41,667 bases of DNA from Candidatus Zixiibacteriota bacterium (GCA_040235515.1 JBECKX010000043.1:1-41667), one strand, 5' to 3'. Positions 9,614 to 20,480 are shown, counted from the first letter of the stretch. Notes: generated by a model from the letters alone, not told the origin. Translations and numbers: made by a program.

Positions 9614-9844
9614 TTAACGATAGGTTTCAGCCACGAATGGCAGAATCGCGATGATGCGTGCGCGTTTGACGGCGCGCGTCAACATGCGTTGATGCTTGGC
9701 GCAGTTGCCCGACACGCGGCGGGGAATGATCTTCCCGCGCTCGACGATGAAGCGACGCAGCAGTTTTTCATCTTTGTAGTCAACCGACGTCACGTGGTTT
9801 TCGCACAGTCGACAGACTTTTCTTCTTCTTCCATGGAAAGCCAT
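9614..9844 (-). CDS. rpsR: 30S ribosomal protein S18 (Zn-binding form)
   Basis: [31 protein letters not shown] and AVKRAR. Confidence 0.97.
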   Translation of the reverse strand: MAFHGRRRKVCRLCENHVTSVDYKDEKLLRRFIVERGKIIPRRVSGNCAKHQRMLTRAVKRARIIAILPFVAETYR

Positions 9845-9847
9845 CGT

Positions 9848-10375
9848 TTACTCCTCATCCTCGTCACTATCGTTCTTACTCTCATCGTTGGCCGGACGGC
9901 GACCGCGGCCCCCGCGCCGGTCGTTGCGATCGTCATCGTCGTCATCATCGTGGTGGCGACGCGGACGTCTGCGGCGACGGTCATCCTCGTCATCATCATC
10001 ATCGAAGCGGCGCCGGCGGCGATCTTCGAACTCGATGGTCGGAGTCGGTGATTCGCCGGCCTCGATGCGGCGCTGACGCTCCTCGAGGTCGATCTCAGAG
10101 ACGACCGTGAGGAAGCGCATGATCTTTTCATTTACCTTGAATCCGGTTTCGAGCTTGCCCGGAACTTCGGGGTTGGCTTTGTAGAGGAAGTGGGCGTAGT
10201 AACCCTGCTTCTGCTTCTCGATTTCGTAGGCAAGGCGCCGCACGCCCCAGCGCTGAGTTTCGACGATCTCGCCACCATTGGAGTTGATCGTTTCCTCGAC
10301 GCGCTTGATCTCGTCTTCGATTTCGCTCTCCGGCAGACGCGAATCGGTAATAAAGGTAGTCTCGTAGAGTCTCAA
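9848..10375 (-). CDS. rpsF: 30S ribosomal protein S6 with long charged C-terminal extension
   Basis: YETTFI, WGVRRLAYEI, GYY and IMRFL. TTG start after GGAGGGAG. About 80-aa Arg/Asp-rich tail. Confidence 0.95.
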   Translation of the reverse strand: MRLYETTFITDSRLPESEIEDEIKRVEETINSNGGEIVETQRWGVRRLAYEIEKQKQGYYAHFLYKANPEVPGKLETGFKVNEKIMRFLTVVSEIDLEERQRRIEAGESPTPTIEFEDRRRRRFDDDDDEDDRRRRRPRRHHDDDDDDDRNDRRGGRGRRPANDESKNDSDEDEE

Positions 10376-10445
10376 ATGGATTACTCCCTCCGGACTAAGG
10401 TTTACAGTAACGGTGAACAGCTACAACGAGAGGGTAGGAGCTCAC
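10376..10445 (-). promoter_or_regulatory. Possible S6:S18 autoregulatory leader
   Basis: Minus strand reads CTCCTACCCTCT...CCG...TTAGTCCGGAGGGAG. The pyrimidine tract can pair with the rpsF SD, and CCG motifs are present as in known S6:S18 leaders. Structure not computed. Confidence 0.35.
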
Positions 10446-10535
10446 CAACCAAAGGTCCCCGGTATTTGTTCAAGGAAGTTGAACGAGCCGGGAACAGGGA
10501 AAGGTCGTTGAAAGAAGCCAGTGCTCTGCGCCGGG

Positions 10536-11108
10536 CTAAACGACCTGACTATTAAATTGATTCATTGCCAGACTCAGCCCCTTATAGAAGACTGCGTCCA
10601 AACATTGGACGCCCAATTTAACAAATTCGTCGAGCGCGTCAAGCTCTTCGTCATTGAATCTCTCGAGGACAAATTCCTCCCACGACTTGCCCTCCGGCGC
10701 CGGGCCGATGCCAAGGCGGAGGCGCGGAAAATCCTCGGTGCCGATTTCTTCGACGATCGAAGCAAGACCGTTGTGCCCGCCGGCGGAGCCGGAAAGGCGC
10801 AGGCGCAATTTGCCGAATGGCAGCGCGAGTTCATCGGAGATGACCAGGAGTTCAGAGGGCAGTATCTGGTACTGTTTCATCACCGCCGATACCGCCTGGC
10901 CGGAGAGGTTCATGTAGGTCATCGGTTTGCAGAAGTAAGTCCGCAGGCTCCTGATTTGCAGGGTTGCCAGGTGATATGACTGCTTCTGCTCGGCGTACTT
11001 GCCGCGGCGCTTCTCGACATAGCGATCAACCAGCACGAAGCCGATATTGTGGCGCGTCAGTTTGTAGGCATCCCCCGGATTTCCCAGTCCAACAACCAGC
11101 TTGATCAT
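10536..11108 (-). CDS. pth: Peptidyl-tRNA hydrolase
   Basis: LVVGLGNPG, TRHNIGF, KPMTYMNLSG, GSAGGHNGL and RLRLGIG. Confidence 0.96.
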   Translation of the reverse strand: MIKLVVGLGNPGDAYKLTRHNIGFVLVDRYVEKRRGKYAEQKQSYHLATLQIRSLRTYFCKPMTYMNLSGQAVSAVMKQYQILPSELLVISDELALPFGKLRLRLSGSAGGHNGLASIVEEIGTEDFPRLRLGIGPAPEGKSWEEFVLERFNDEELDALDEFVKLGVQCLDAVFYKGLSLAMNQFNSQVV

Positions 11109-11139
11109 TTTGGTTAGATTCCTGCTTAGCTTCCGGTGA

Positions 11140-12252
11140 TCAAATCAGTTCCGCAAAACGCAACATTTCCCAGTTCCTGATATCGACGATCAGCCAGCGC
11201 GTCACACCCTTGTAGTCGAGCAGCAATTCGGCATAGTTGGAGTGAGGTGGAATCTCCAGGCTGAGAATCTTGTCGCCATATTGCTGCAGATTCACCCGAC
11301 CGGTTTCGGCGAAGGTATCGGGATTGTAGAAAGCGACTTCAACATCATTCTCCACCACGCAAACGGTCTGGCTGGACACCTCGAATCTGACCAGGCGCGG
11401 TCGCTTCAGGCCGAATTTCTCCGCAAGGTACTTGCCCGAACCGAACTCGATGCGGAAGATCGCACCCTGTTCGGTGTCGGTGACGAACGCCGAATTCCCA
11501 TCAAAGGCAAACGCCGCAGAGGTGATTTCATTGGCGTCATGGATGATTACCGTCTGGTACATAAACTTGTTTTCGGTGAGCACCTGGGTAACGGCGGGCA
11601 TTTTGGTGTCGGCCATGACCAGTTTATTGAGGGGGCCGACCGCGATGGTGCTGGGTCCGATGCGCCTGTCGTTGTGGATTCGCATTGTCATCTCGAACGT
11701 GAACTTCGAGGAGTCGGGTTCATAAACGTGGAATGCCGACGAGTCGGGCGAAACGACATAGACCTTGTGTTGAGTCGGGTGGAAAAACATTCCGGAGGGT
11801 TCGTCGGGAAACTCGTACTGTTCGATATACTCCCCCTTGCTCAGATCGAACACCTTGAATCCCGGCTTCTTTCCTCCCACCGCCTCGTAGAGCTGATTTC
11901 GATCGGTGTCGAACGCGACGGCAACAATCGGATCTTTGCGGATATAGCGCTTGAGGACTTCGCCTGAATTCCGGTTGAGTTCGAACACCGTGTTGGTTTT
12001 CTGATCCAGCACGAAGTAGGAGTTTGAGAGCGCCGGTTTCGGTGGCATCTGCTCTCCTGCTGCTCCCTCGCTCGTGTTGCCGCTGGCGGGTTGGTTCTGT
12101 GCGGGAGTCGCCTGTTGGTTCTGCTCCTGAGATTGCGACCTGCTCCCCGATTCACCGCCGCAGGAAACCAGCAGCATCGACGTCACAACCGCAACGATCA
12201 GGCTTAATGTGAGGCCGGCTGTGACTCTGATGCGTTTGCTATAAACCAACAT
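11140..12252 (-). CDS. Lipoprotein with predicted beta-propeller (YncE/YVTN-like)
   Basis: Lipobox LLVS-C, Q/P-rich linker, then repeated beta-rich blades (VAFD, MFFHP, AFAFDG). Confidence 0.65.
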   Translation of the reverse strand: MLVYSKRIRVTAGLTLSLIVAVVTSMLLVSCGGESGSRSQSQEQNQQATPAQNQPASGNTSEGAAGEQMPPKPALSNSYFVLDQKTNTVFELNRNSGEVLKRYIRKDPIVAVAFDTDRNQLYEAVGGKKPGFKVFDLSKGEYIEQYEFPDEPSGMFFHPTQHKVYVVSPDSSAFHVYEPDSSKFTFEMTMRIHNDRRIGPSTIAVGPLNKLVMADTKMPAVTQVLTENKFMYQTVIIHDANEITSAAFAFDGNSAFVTDTEQGAIFRIEFGSGKYLAEKFGLKRPRLVRFEVSSQTVCVVENDVEVAFYNPDTFAETGRVNLQQYGDKILSLEIPPHSNYAELLLDYKGVTRWLIVDIRNWEMLRFAELI

Positions 12253-12874
12253 TTACTTTCGCTCCACCGAATATCGTGATTGCCTTCAGATCGGTTTTGA
12301 TCTCTGTCTGCTCATGGGTCACCTTGACGCCGGGAAATGTCAGATAGGAAATCCCCAGCTCGATGTCAAGGGTTGGCATGGCGGCGAAGGAGATCCCGCC
12401 GGCAGCCTGATATCCGACCCTTGTTCTTGATTCTACCTCGGAACCGCCGAGGCCGCTCTCGTAGTCCTGCTCGATCGAGGCTATCCTGAGCATCGCTTCA
12501 AAGAACGGCTTGATCACGACGGCGTTCGGAGTCGCCCGCAACCCGGCGCCGCCCCCGGTCATCGCCATCTTCGATTCCTGAGTGAGCGGGTTTGTCCCCT
12601 CACCGGCATACTCGTGCTTCTTCTTGGCAAAGTCTGTCTGTCCGGCGGCAACGACGATACTGAGGAAGGGGGTATGCAACAGATCAAGATCTGCGTTGAT
12701 CTCTGCCAACCAACCTGTTCGGGCGAAATCCTTGAAATCGCTTTGCGGTAATGCCGCCCCCAGTCGAAGACCAACCCCTGCGGTTGCCGAGTTCGATACG
12801 AATACGACTGAGGCCAGGGCCAATAGCGCCGCGACAAGCAAGCCGCGCATTGAGTTTTTTGGTTTATTGCTCAT
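12239..12874 (-). CDS. Outer-membrane beta-barrel protein (small, OmpA/OmpW-like)
   Basis: Signal peptide ending ATA, alternating amphipathic strands and a C-terminal strand IFGGAKVNVGL. Confidence 0.7.
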   Translation of the reverse strand: MSNKPKNSMRGLLVAALLALASVVFVSNSATAGVGLRLGAALPQSDFKDFARTGWLAEINADLDLLHTPFLSIVVAAGQTDFAKKKHEYAGEGTNPLTQESKMAMTGGGAGLRATPNAVVIKPFFEAMLRIASIEQDYESGLGGSEVESRTRVGYQAAGGISFAAMPTLDIELGISYLTFPGVKVTHEQTEIKTDLKAITIFGGAKVNVGL

Positions 12875-13129
12875 GTTACAGTGTCCTTATCATCTGCTTT
12901 GAACCGAAAAGATAGCAGGACGAGAGAGTTAGACAACTTCATTTTTCGAAGTGGCTGCCGCAACAGCGACGCGTGCTCTGCCGCTTTAAAACTCGGTCGC
13001 TATCACGACAAATTTGGTGTACATGGTTCTACATTTTTCTCCTTCCGGCGTTCATTTCGAGTCATTTCGCTTGCTCTCGGGAACCAATTCTTCTACTTTC
13101 ACGATTCAATTAGGTGACTGCTCGCTGCG

Positions 13130-13191
13130 AGAGTTTTCGAAAGTAAGAGTTTTCGAAAGTAAGAGTCTTCAAAGTGAGAGTATTCGGAGCG
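13130..13191. repeat. Short tandem repeat (16-bp unit)
   Basis: AGAGTTTTCGAAAGTA twice exactly (13130-13161), then degenerate AGAGTCTTCAAAGTG and AGAGTATTCGGAGCG. Confidence 0.8.
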
Positions 13192-13336
13192 AGAGCACTT
13201 TGTGTCAGCTCACGGACATCCGTTGCAGCATCAAGTTCGATAGCAGTCATTCTTTGACCTGTGAGTTTGGATTCACCCTTTACTGATGTTTTGTTCGGGA
13301 AAAGATTGAGACCCTCAAGGATCCGGCCGACCTGTA

Positions 13337-14269
13337 ATGTCTGAAGTAGTAAAGACCTCGAAAACCGCAGCGATAGCAGCCCGCCGTCGTGCAGAGGGGC
13401 CGATGCGCCTTTCGCTGTATGCATCGGCTTACCTGCAATTGACCAAGCCGTCGATTATGCTGCTGGTGCTGGTGACGGGTGCGACCGCACTGATCCTCGA
13501 AGGGAGTTTTCTCACACAGCCGCTCAAATTCATCCTGGTGATGGTTGGGCTCTACCTGACCGGTGGTTCGGCCAACGCCTTCAACCAGTATCTGGAACGA
13601 GACGTGGATGCGCGGATGCGGCGGACGCAGCGACGCAGACCCCTGCCGCAGGGGATCATCAAGCCTATGCACGCCTTGATCTTCGCCGCCACGATCGGCA
13701 TAGTCGGAGTCGCGCTCTTCTATCTCTTCTTCAATCTGCTGACCGCGGCCCTCTCATTGGCAACGATCCTCTTTTACAGTTTGGTCTATACGCTTTACCT
13801 AAAACCAAACACTTACCAGAACATCGTGATCGGGGGCGCGGCCGGCGCTATGGCCCCGGTGGGGGCGTGGACTGCAGCGACCGGACAGATGGCCCTGTTA
13901 CCCTGGACGATTTTTCTCATAGTGTTCCTGTGGACTCCACCGCATTTCTGGGCGCTTGCGTTGTTCTGCAAAGAAGACTACCGCGAAGTGGGATATCCGA
14001 TGTTGCCGGTCCTCAAGGGTGATAGCACGACTTATCGGCAAATGCTGCTCTACAGCCTCGCACTGGTGGCGAGCACGCTGCTGCCGGTGGCGTTGGGGGT
14101 CACATGGATTTATGGCGTGGTAGCGCTGTTGCTGGGGGGATATTTCTTGCAGAAGACTTTGATGTTGAAGAAACTAAAGACCGATGCCGCGGCTCGCTCG
14201 CTTTTCGGTTACTCAATAATCTATCTGTTTGCAATCTGTGCGGCGCTGATGGGCGCGGCCTTTATCTAG
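13337..14269 (+). CDS. ctaB: Protoheme IX farnesyltransferase (heme O synthase)
   Basis: LTKP, NQYLERDVDARMRRTQRRRPLP, YTLYLK, IGGAAGA, FLWTPPHFWALA and DY..VGYPMLP. Confidence 0.95.
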   Translation: MSEVVKTSKTAAIAARRRAEGPMRLSLYASAYLQLTKPSIMLLVLVTGATALILEGSFLTQPLKFILVMVGLYLTGGSANAFNQYLERDVDARMRRTQRRRPLPQGIIKPMHALIFAATIGIVGVALFYLFFNLLTAALSLATILFYSLVYTLYLKPNTYQNIVIGGAAGAMAPVGAWTAATGQMALLPWTIFLIVFLWTPPHFWALALFCKEDYREVGYPMLPVLKGDSTTYRQMLLYSLALVASTLLPVALGVTWIYGVVALLLGGYFLQKTLMLKKLKTDAAARSLFGYSIIYLFAICAALMGAAFI

Positions 14270-14495
14270 AGTTTTGGTAGAGAGTTTTAGTATGTGGTAT
14301 CAGAAGTGCGCTGGCTCAAGGAGAGAGTGCAGATTCGATGCGAGTTTGAGTTACTGCGCCGTCGCGAGCAGCGATTTCTCAGGCCGGAGCAGAACTGTAC
14401 TACACGAAGTAGTGCTCGCGAATAGTGTTGCGGTAATTTGAGTTAGGGGTAGCGCGCTGGAAAATAGCAGATGAACTTTGTGGTGAGAAAAATTC

Positions 14496-14524
14496 TTGAC
14501 ACGTCCTGCGAGTTGTTGTATCAT
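14496..14524 (+). promoter_or_regulatory. Sigma70-type promoter of the act-cox operon
   Basis: TTGACA (14496-14501), 17-nt spacer, TATCAT (14519-14524). Confidence 0.75.
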
Positions 14525-14612
14525 CGGCGCCAACGCGTCACCAAATATCGAGAATGTCGCGGAATGTAATCGACATTAAGCGCAGCAAACGCAGGTAGGT
14601 TGCGCTTGGGAT

Positions 14613-14630
14613 TTGTGAAAAAAATAACAA
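14613..14630. promoter_or_regulatory. Rex-like operator
   Basis: TTGTGAA-AAAA-ATAACAA versus Rex consensus TTGTGAA-N4-TTCACAA (2 mismatches), 17 nt before the actA start. Confidence 0.55.
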
Positions 14631-14647
14631 GTTAGGAAAAGTCTTCT

Positions 14648-15298
14648 TTGGCCAGGCAAGCATTCCCAGAGTGGACGAATAACCTCCCACCGATTCTCCT
14701 GGCGGCTGTTGCGGTCGTGGTGCTGGGTGGTGTTGGTTTTTTCTGGTATTACGGCTCACCAAAATATACTGATGTGGGGTATCGGCCGGTGCAACCGGTG
14801 GATTTCAGCCACAAGCTGCACGCCGGTGATCTGGGGCTGGATTGCCGCTACTGTCATAATTTTATCGAGAAATCCCCTGTGGCCAATGTTCCCCCGACGC
14901 AGACCTGCATGAACTGTCATACTCTGGTACTGCCGCAGTCGGAGAAGCTCTTGCCGGTACGTGAGAGTTGGGGGACAGGTAACCCGATTCCGTGGGTGAA
15001 TGTGCATATGTTGCCGCAGTACGCCTATTTCAATCATGCGGTTCACCTGAATTCCGGAATCGGCTGCATCTCGTGTCACGGGAATGTGAGACAGATGGAC
15101 AAGGTGCAGCAGGTACAGCCACTCAGCATGTCGTGGTGCCTCGATTGTCATCGCAATCCGAATCCGAATCTGCGGCCCGTTTCTGAGATCACGAACATGG
15201 AATACCAGGCTCCGGAGAATCAGGAAGAATTTGCCAGACAGTTCCGGGAAGAGAATGATATCAATCCAAACGATGAGTGTTCGACGTGTCATCGCTAG
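14648..15298 (+). CDS. actA: Alternative complex III pentaheme cytochrome c subunit A
   Basis: N-terminal TM anchor, QPVDFSHKLH and five CxxCH motifs (CRYCH, CMNCH, CISCH, CLDCH, CSTCH). TTG start. Confidence 0.93.
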   Translation: MARQAFPEWTNNLPPILLAAVAVVVLGGVGFFWYYGSPKYTDVGYRPVQPVDFSHKLHAGDLGLDCRYCHNFIEKSPVANVPPTQTCMNCHTLVLPQSEKLLPVRESWGTGNPIPWVNVHMLPQYAYFNHAVHLNSGIGCISCHGNVRQMDKVQQVQPLSMSWCLDCHRNPNPNLRPVSEITNMEYQAPENQEEFARQFREENDINPNDECSTCHR

Positions 15299-18200
15299 AT
15301 AACAAGCACAACCACGATGGTCATGCAGAGGTTGAGGGTGGCGAAGTGGCCAGAGTAGAGCTGACCGCCGAGGAATTGGCCGAGCAGGCTTCCAAGCTCT
15401 CCGGCAAGACCTACTGGCGCAGTTTGAATCAACTGGCGAACACTCCGGAGTATCGCGAGTTTCTTGAACGCGAGTTCCCGGAGGGCGCCTCCGAGATGAA
15501 GGATGGTTTGACGCGGCGTACCTTCCTCAGCCTGATGGGTGCTTCGATTGCGATGGCCGGACTGGCGGGCTGCCGCAAGCCGGTCGAAAAGATTCTGCCG
15601 TATGTGACCGCTCCTGAGAATATCATTCCCGGGGTACCGAAATATTATGCCTCCACGATGCCGCTGGGCAACAGCGCGTACGGAATCCTGGTTGAGAGTC
15701 ATGAGGGTCGCCCGACCAAGATCGAGGGCAACAAGCTGCATTCCTCGAGTCAGGGTGCTTCCAACTCCTGGATACAGGCCTCGATGCTGGGACTATACGA
15801 TCCTGATCGTTCACAAAGTGTGACGAACGGTCTGGCGCGCTCCGATTGGGAGTCGTTCGTTGCCGGATGGCGAACCAGGCTGGAAGAGCATAAGAAGGAT
15901 GGTGGTGCGGGACTCGCAGTTTTGAGTGAGGCCTTCACTTCACCGACCATGGCACGCCTTGCCGCCAAACTGAGAAAAGATTTTCCAAATGCCACCTGGG
16001 TGGCGTATGAGCCGGTCAGCGATGAAAACATCTACGCCGGCATAGAGCTGGCAACGGGAGAGAAGCTGCAGCCGGTCTATGACTATGGCAAAGCGGAGGT
16101 AATCCTCTCGCTCGACAGTGATTTCCTTTCGACCGAATCCGAGCAGATTAGTGCGGTTCGCGGCTATGCCGCCGGGAGACGCCTTGAGTCTGAAAAGGAT
16201 TCAATGAATCGTCTTTATGTCGCTGAGGGTGCCTACTCGCTCACCGGTTCGGTTGCCGATCACCGGATGCGCGTTCGCACTTCAGAGATCCCTGCCTTTG
16301 CCGCGGCTGTAGCCGCTGAATTGCAGGCGCAGGGTGTCAATATCGTCGGTGGAGCCGCGCTGAGCGGCTTTGCCAATCACGGCTTTGACAAGAACTGGCT
16401 GCGGGTCGTCGCTTCCGATCTGATCAACGCGCGCGGCAATTGCCTGGTGGTGGCCGGTTATCGCCAACCGGCGGCGCTGCATGCACTGGTTGCCGCGATC
16501 AATCAGGCGCTTGGTGCGAACGGCAATAGTGTTAACTATAGAAGGCTCGCTGATGCCGAACTGTCGAACCGGGATGGATTTGCGGCTCTCGTACGAAGAA
16601 TGGATGCCGGCGAAATCAAGAGCCTGGTCATGCTCGGTGGTAACCCGGTGTACAATGCGCCGGCAGATCTGAATTTCAGTCGCGCACTCAATAAAGTTGA
16701 ATATTCGATCCATCTGTCACTCCACCAGGACGAGACAACCCGTGAGGCGGAATGGCACGTTCCGATGGCACACTACCTCGAGTCATGGGGTGATGCGCGG
16801 GCGGTAGACGGTACGCTTTCGGTGATTCAGCCGATGATCGAGCCGCTGTTTGGTGGTAAGAGCAACTGCGAGCTGGCGCACTTCATCATGACCGGTGAGG
16901 ATGTGCGCGGCTATGAAATAGTTCGCGAGACCTGGAGGAATATTCTCCGATCAGGTGGTTTTGAAGTTGCCTGGCAACGAGTGCTCCACGATGGTGTGCT
17001 GAACGGTTCGGCCGAGGGGCCTGTCGCTGCGACAATAAATGGCTCGGCGGTCGGTGGCGCCATCGGTTCACTTCCGAAGGCGGTTCAAGGGTTAGAGGTC
17101 GTTTTCCAGGTGTCGCCATCCGTCTATGATGGGCGCTTTGCCAATAATGGTTGGTTGCAGGAGACGCCTTCACCGATCACAAAATTGACCTGGGATAATC
17201 CCGCGCTGATCAGCTTTGCGACTGCGCGTGAGCACAATCTTGAGAACGGCGACTTGATTCAGCTCGAGTTGAATGGCCGCTCGCTTGAGCTACCGGTATG
17301 GGTCGTGCCCGGCCAGGCAGACAATATGCTTGTGCTCGATCTGGGTTATGGTCGCACCCATGCGGGTCGGGTTGGGAATGGTGTCGGTTTTGACACCTAT
17401 CGCCTCCGCACATCAGGCGCCATGTTCGCTGCCGGTGGGGCAGGCATTACAAAGCTTAATCGTACTTATTTACTCGCTTCCGCACAGGATCATGGCAGCA
17501 TGGAAGGCCGCCCGTTGATCCGCGAAGCGACGTTGGCGGAATATCGCGAGGATCCCAACTTTGCCCCTGAGATGGTGGAGCATCCGCCGCTCAAATCGCT
17601 CTGGGACGAGCCGGATTACTCTGAAGGTTACCAGTGGGGCATGGCAATCGATCTAACCACCTGCGTAGGCTGTGGCGCCTGCTCGGTAGCGTGTCAGAGT
17701 GAGAACAACATCCCGATCGTGGGCAAGCAGCAGGTGAGCAATGGTCGTGAGATGCACTGGATGCGCATCGATCGCTACTTCGCGGGCAACCTCGATGAGC
17801 CGGAGGTCGCGCATCAGCCGGTCACGTGTCAGCATTGCGAGAACGCCCCCTGCGAGCAGGTCTGTCCGGTGGCGGCGACGATGCATGACCGCGAGGGTCT
17901 GAACCTGATGGTGTACAACCGCTGTATCGGTACACGCTATTGTTCGAACAACTGCCCCTACAAGGTGCGTCGATTCAACTTCTTCAACTACACCAAGGAT
18001 ATGCCGGAGATTATTCAGATGGCAATGAATCCTGATGTCACGGTTCGCTTCCGTGGCGTAATGGAGAAGTGTACATTTTGTATCCAGAGGATTTCTGAGG
18101 CAAAGATAAACGCCAAGCTGAGCGACCGCAGGGTGCAGGATGGCGAGGTCACGACTGCGTGCCAGCAGGCGTGCCCGGCGGGTGCGATCACATTCGGTGA

Positions 18201-18375
18201 TCTGAACGACCCCAACAGCAAGGTAAGAAAAGTCAAAGAGCAGAATCGCAATTATGCGATGCTCTCGGAGTTGAATGTGCAGCCACGCTTAACCTATCTG
18301 GCGCGCATTCGCAATCCGCATCCCGAACTGATGAGGATTCGGCCCGAGTCGGCCGACCACGCAACGCACGGTTAA
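15277..18375 (+). CDS. actB: Alternative complex III subunit B (molybdopterin-oxidoreductase-like plus Fe-S domain)
   Basis: YWRSL, Tat motif RRTFL with lipobox [13 protein letters not shown], and C-terminal Fe-S motifs [37 protein letters not shown] and CTFC...CQQACP. True start may be GTG 15286. Confidence 0.93.
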   Translation: MFDVSSLDNKHNHDGHAEVEGGEVARVELTAEELAEQASKLSGKTYWRSLNQLANTPEYREFLEREFPEGASEMKDGLTRRTFLSLMGASIAMAGLAGCRKPVEKILPYVTAPENIIPGVPKYYASTMPLGNSAYGILVESHEGRPTKIEGNKLHSSSQGASNSWIQASMLGLYDPDRSQSVTNGLARSDWESFVAGWRTRLEEHKKDGGAGLAVLSEAFTSPTMARLAAKLRKDFPNATWVAYEPVSDENIYAGIELATGEKLQPVYDYGKAEVILSLDSDFLSTESEQISAVRGYAAGRRLESEKDSMNRLYVAEGAYSLTGSVADHRMRVRTSEIPAFAAAVAAELQAQGVNIVGGAALSGFANHGFDKNWLRVVASDLINARGNCLVVAGYRQPAALHALVAAINQALGANGNSVNYRRLADAELSNRDGFAALVRRMDAGEIKSLVMLGGNPVYNAPADLNFSRALNKVEYSIHLSLHQDETTREAEWHVPMAHYLESWGDARAVDGTLSVIQPMIEPLFGGKSNCELAHFIMTGEDVRGYEIVRETWRNILRSGGFEVAWQRVLHDGVLNGSAEGPVAATINGSAVGGAIGSLPKAVQGLEVVFQVSPSVYDGRFANNGWLQETPSPITKLTWDNPALISFATAREHNLENGDLIQLELNGRSLELPVWVVPGQADNMLVLDLGYGRTHAGRVGNGVGFDTYRLRTSGAMFAAGGAGITKLNRTYLLASAQDHGSMEGRPLIREATLAEYREDPNFAPEMVEHPPLKSLWDEPDYSEGYQWGMAIDLTTCVGCGACSVACQSENNIPIVGKQQVSNGREMHWMRIDRYFAGNLDEPEVAHQPVTCQHCENAPCEQVCPVAATMHDREGLNLMVYNRCIGTRYCSNNCPYKVRRFNFFNYTKDMPEIIQMAMNPDVTVRFRGVMEKCTFCIQRISEAKINAKLSDRRVQDGEVTTACQQACPAGAITFGDLNDPNSKVRKVKEQNRNYAMLSELNVQPRLTYLARIRNPHPELMRIRPESADHATHG

Positions 18376-18414
18376 TCGAGCGACTCACAGGATGAGTGAG
18401 CTCAGGAGAGAGTT

Positions 18415-19884
18415 TTGAGCGCGGAGCAACACGTAGAACGCCACGTTGAACCACCACTGATCAAGGGGAAACCACGGTTTGCCGACGTCACCGAGCATAT
18501 TGCCCGTGTGATCGAAGGCAAGACCGCGAAGACCTGGTTCCTGCTGTTCGGGTTGGCCGTTTCGGCGTTGATGCTGTTGATTGGATCGGTCGGCTATTTG
18601 GTCTGGGAAGGCATCGGTATCTGGGGTTTGAATATCCCGGTCGGTTGGGGTTTCGCGATCGTCAACTTCGTCTGGTGGGTCGGTATCGGTCACGCCGGAA
18701 CGCTGATTTCGGCGATTCTATATCTCTTCCGCCAGCGCTGGAGAACTTCGATCAACCGCTTTGCCGAGGCGATGACGATCTTCGCCGTTATTTGCGCGCT
18801 GCTGTTTCCCGGTATCCACGTGGGTCGTATCTGGGTGATTTACTGGGTGATGCCGTTGCCGAACCAGATGGCGATGTGGCCAAACTTCCGCAGTCCGCTG
18901 CTGTGGGATATGTTCGCGGTGGGTACCTACTTCACCTGTTCGCTGCTGTTCTGGTACGTGGGGCTCATTCCTGACTTTGCGACACTGCGCGACCGTGCTA
19001 AGAAACGGGTAAAGAAGATCGCCTACGGTATCTTCGCGCTCGGCTGGCACGGCGGCAATCGTCAGTGGAAACATTATGAACTGGCATATCTGATCCTGGC
19101 CGGTATCTCCACCCCGCTGGTCCTTTCGGTGCACTCGATCGTTAGTACCGACTTCGCTACCTCGATTCTGCCGGGCTGGCATACGACAATCTTCCCGCCT
19201 TACTTCGTGGCGGGCGCCATTTTCTCAGGTTTTGCGATGGTGATGACACTTGGGATCATCTGCCGCAAAATCTTCAAGCTCGAAAACTACATCACGATGA
19301 ACCATCTCGAGAAGATGAACAAGGTGATGTTGTTGACCGGTATGATGGTGGGTTACGCCTACGGCACCGAGTTCTTCACGGCGTGGTACTCAGGTAATCC
19401 TTACGAAATGTTCGCATTCGCCAACCGCGCCTTCGGACCCTACTGGTGGTCCTACTGGATCATGATCGCGTGTAACGTCCTGGTACCGCAGGCATTCTGG
19501 TTCAAGAAAGCTCGCACCAGCATTACCTGGATGTTTATTGCTTCGATTCTGATTAACGTCGGTATGTGGTTCGAGCGCTACGTAATCGTAATAACGCTCA
19601 CGCGCGACTATCTTCCTTCGGCCTGGGGCTGGTACTGGCCCACGGTATGGGATTGGATGACGATGATCGGGTCATTCGGCCTGTTCTTCACGCTCTTCCT
19701 GTTGTTCATTCGCTGGCTGCCGATGATCGCGATTGCTGAGATAAAGAACGTACTGCCGCAGGCAAACCCGCACCACAAGCACAAGGGTGAGGGGAAAGAT
19801 CATGCTCACCCCGCCGGCGCCGAAGCAAAGCATCAGGCAGATGTAACCGGTAAACCAAATCCTGCGATGGGAGGGACTGGCTAA
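18415..19884 (+). CDS. actC: Alternative complex III subunit C (NrfD/PsrC-type quinol-binding)
   Basis: [60 protein letters not shown] and GMWFERY. Confidence 0.95.
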   Translation: MSAEQHVERHVEPPLIKGKPRFADVTEHIARVIEGKTAKTWFLLFGLAVSALMLLIGSVGYLVWEGIGIWGLNIPVGWGFAIVNFVWWVGIGHAGTLISAILYLFRQRWRTSINRFAEAMTIFAVICALLFPGIHVGRIWVIYWVMPLPNQMAMWPNFRSPLLWDMFAVGTYFTCSLLFWYVGLIPDFATLRDRAKKRVKKIAYGIFALGWHGGNRQWKHYELAYLILAGISTPLVLSVHSIVSTDFATSILPGWHTTIFPPYFVAGAIFSGFAMVMTLGIICRKIFKLENYITMNHLEKMNKVMLLTGMMVGYAYGTEFFTAWYSGNPYEMFAFANRAFGPYWWSYWIMIACNVLVPQAFWFKKARTSITWMFIASILINVGMWFERYVIVITLTRDYLPSAWGWYWPTVWDWMTMIGSFGLFFTLFLLFIRWLPMIAIAEIKNVLPQANPHHKHKGEGKDHAHPAGAEAKHQADVTGKPNPAMGGTG

Positions 19885-20480
19885 TGTCACTCTTCTCGCA
19901 AATGCCGATTTCGACCGGCAGTAAGACGTATGGTGTTATCGCCGAGTTCAAGGATCCTGCCGACCTGGTTCACGCGGCAGAAAAGGTCCGTGACGCCGGC
20001 TACAAGGAGTTCGACTGCCATTCTCCGTTCCCGATCCATGGAATGGATGATGCGATGGGACAGAAGCGCTCGCCGGTCGGCTATATCGTCGGTACCGCCG
20101 CGTTCATCGCCTTCTTCGGGATCGTCCTTACGCTCTACTGGATCACCGGTATCGAGTACAAATTCGTGATTTCAGCCAAGCCATACTTCAGTTTCCAGGC
20201 CTTCGTGCCGGTGTTTTTCGCTATTTGTATTCTGACCTCGGCGATCGTTGCGACATTCGGCATGATAGTGATTAACCGACTGCCGCAGTGGTTCCATCCG
20301 CTGTTCGAATCGGAGAATTTCACACGCTTCAGCGATGATGGTTTCTTCGTCAGCATCGCCTCCACCGACCCCAAGTTCGATCTGGCTGCGACGCGCAGTT
20401 TCCTCGAGGGGATCGGCGGAACTAATGTGGAGACGATTGAGGTTGAGCTGCCGGAGAAAAAGAAAGCGGAGGCGCATTAA
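19884..20480 (+). CDS. actD: Alternative complex III subunit D (DUF3341)
   Basis: SPFPIHGMDDAMG, two TM helices, LPQWFHPLF and DDGFF. Confidence 0.9.
   Translation: MSLFSQMPISTGSKTYGVIAEFKDPADLVHAAEKVRDAGYKEFDCHSPFPIHGMDDAMGQKRSPVGYIVGTAAFIAFFGIVLTLYWITGIEYKFVISAKPYFSFQAFVPVFFAICILTSAIVATFGMIVINRLPQWFHPLFESENFTRFSDDGFFVSIASTDPKFDLAATRSFLEGIGGTNVETIEVELPEKKKAEAH

Noticed and set aside
9844..11140. Absence of ssb between rpsF and rpsR, and of rplY/prs before pth
   Set aside because: Such gene-order variation is common and not informative on its own.
8908..12212. Long antisense ORFs (8908-9567, 9554-10051, 11242-11967)
   Set aside because: They lie opposite well-supported genes, lack motifs, and are expected in GC-rich coding DNA.
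13130..13196. Possible CRISPR array
   Set aside because: Units are 15-16 bp and directly adjacent, with no unique spacers and no cas genes.
15277..18375. Catalytic molybdoenzyme
   Set aside because: Context and motifs identify ActB, whose molybdopterin-oxidoreductase-like domain is known not to bind the cofactor.
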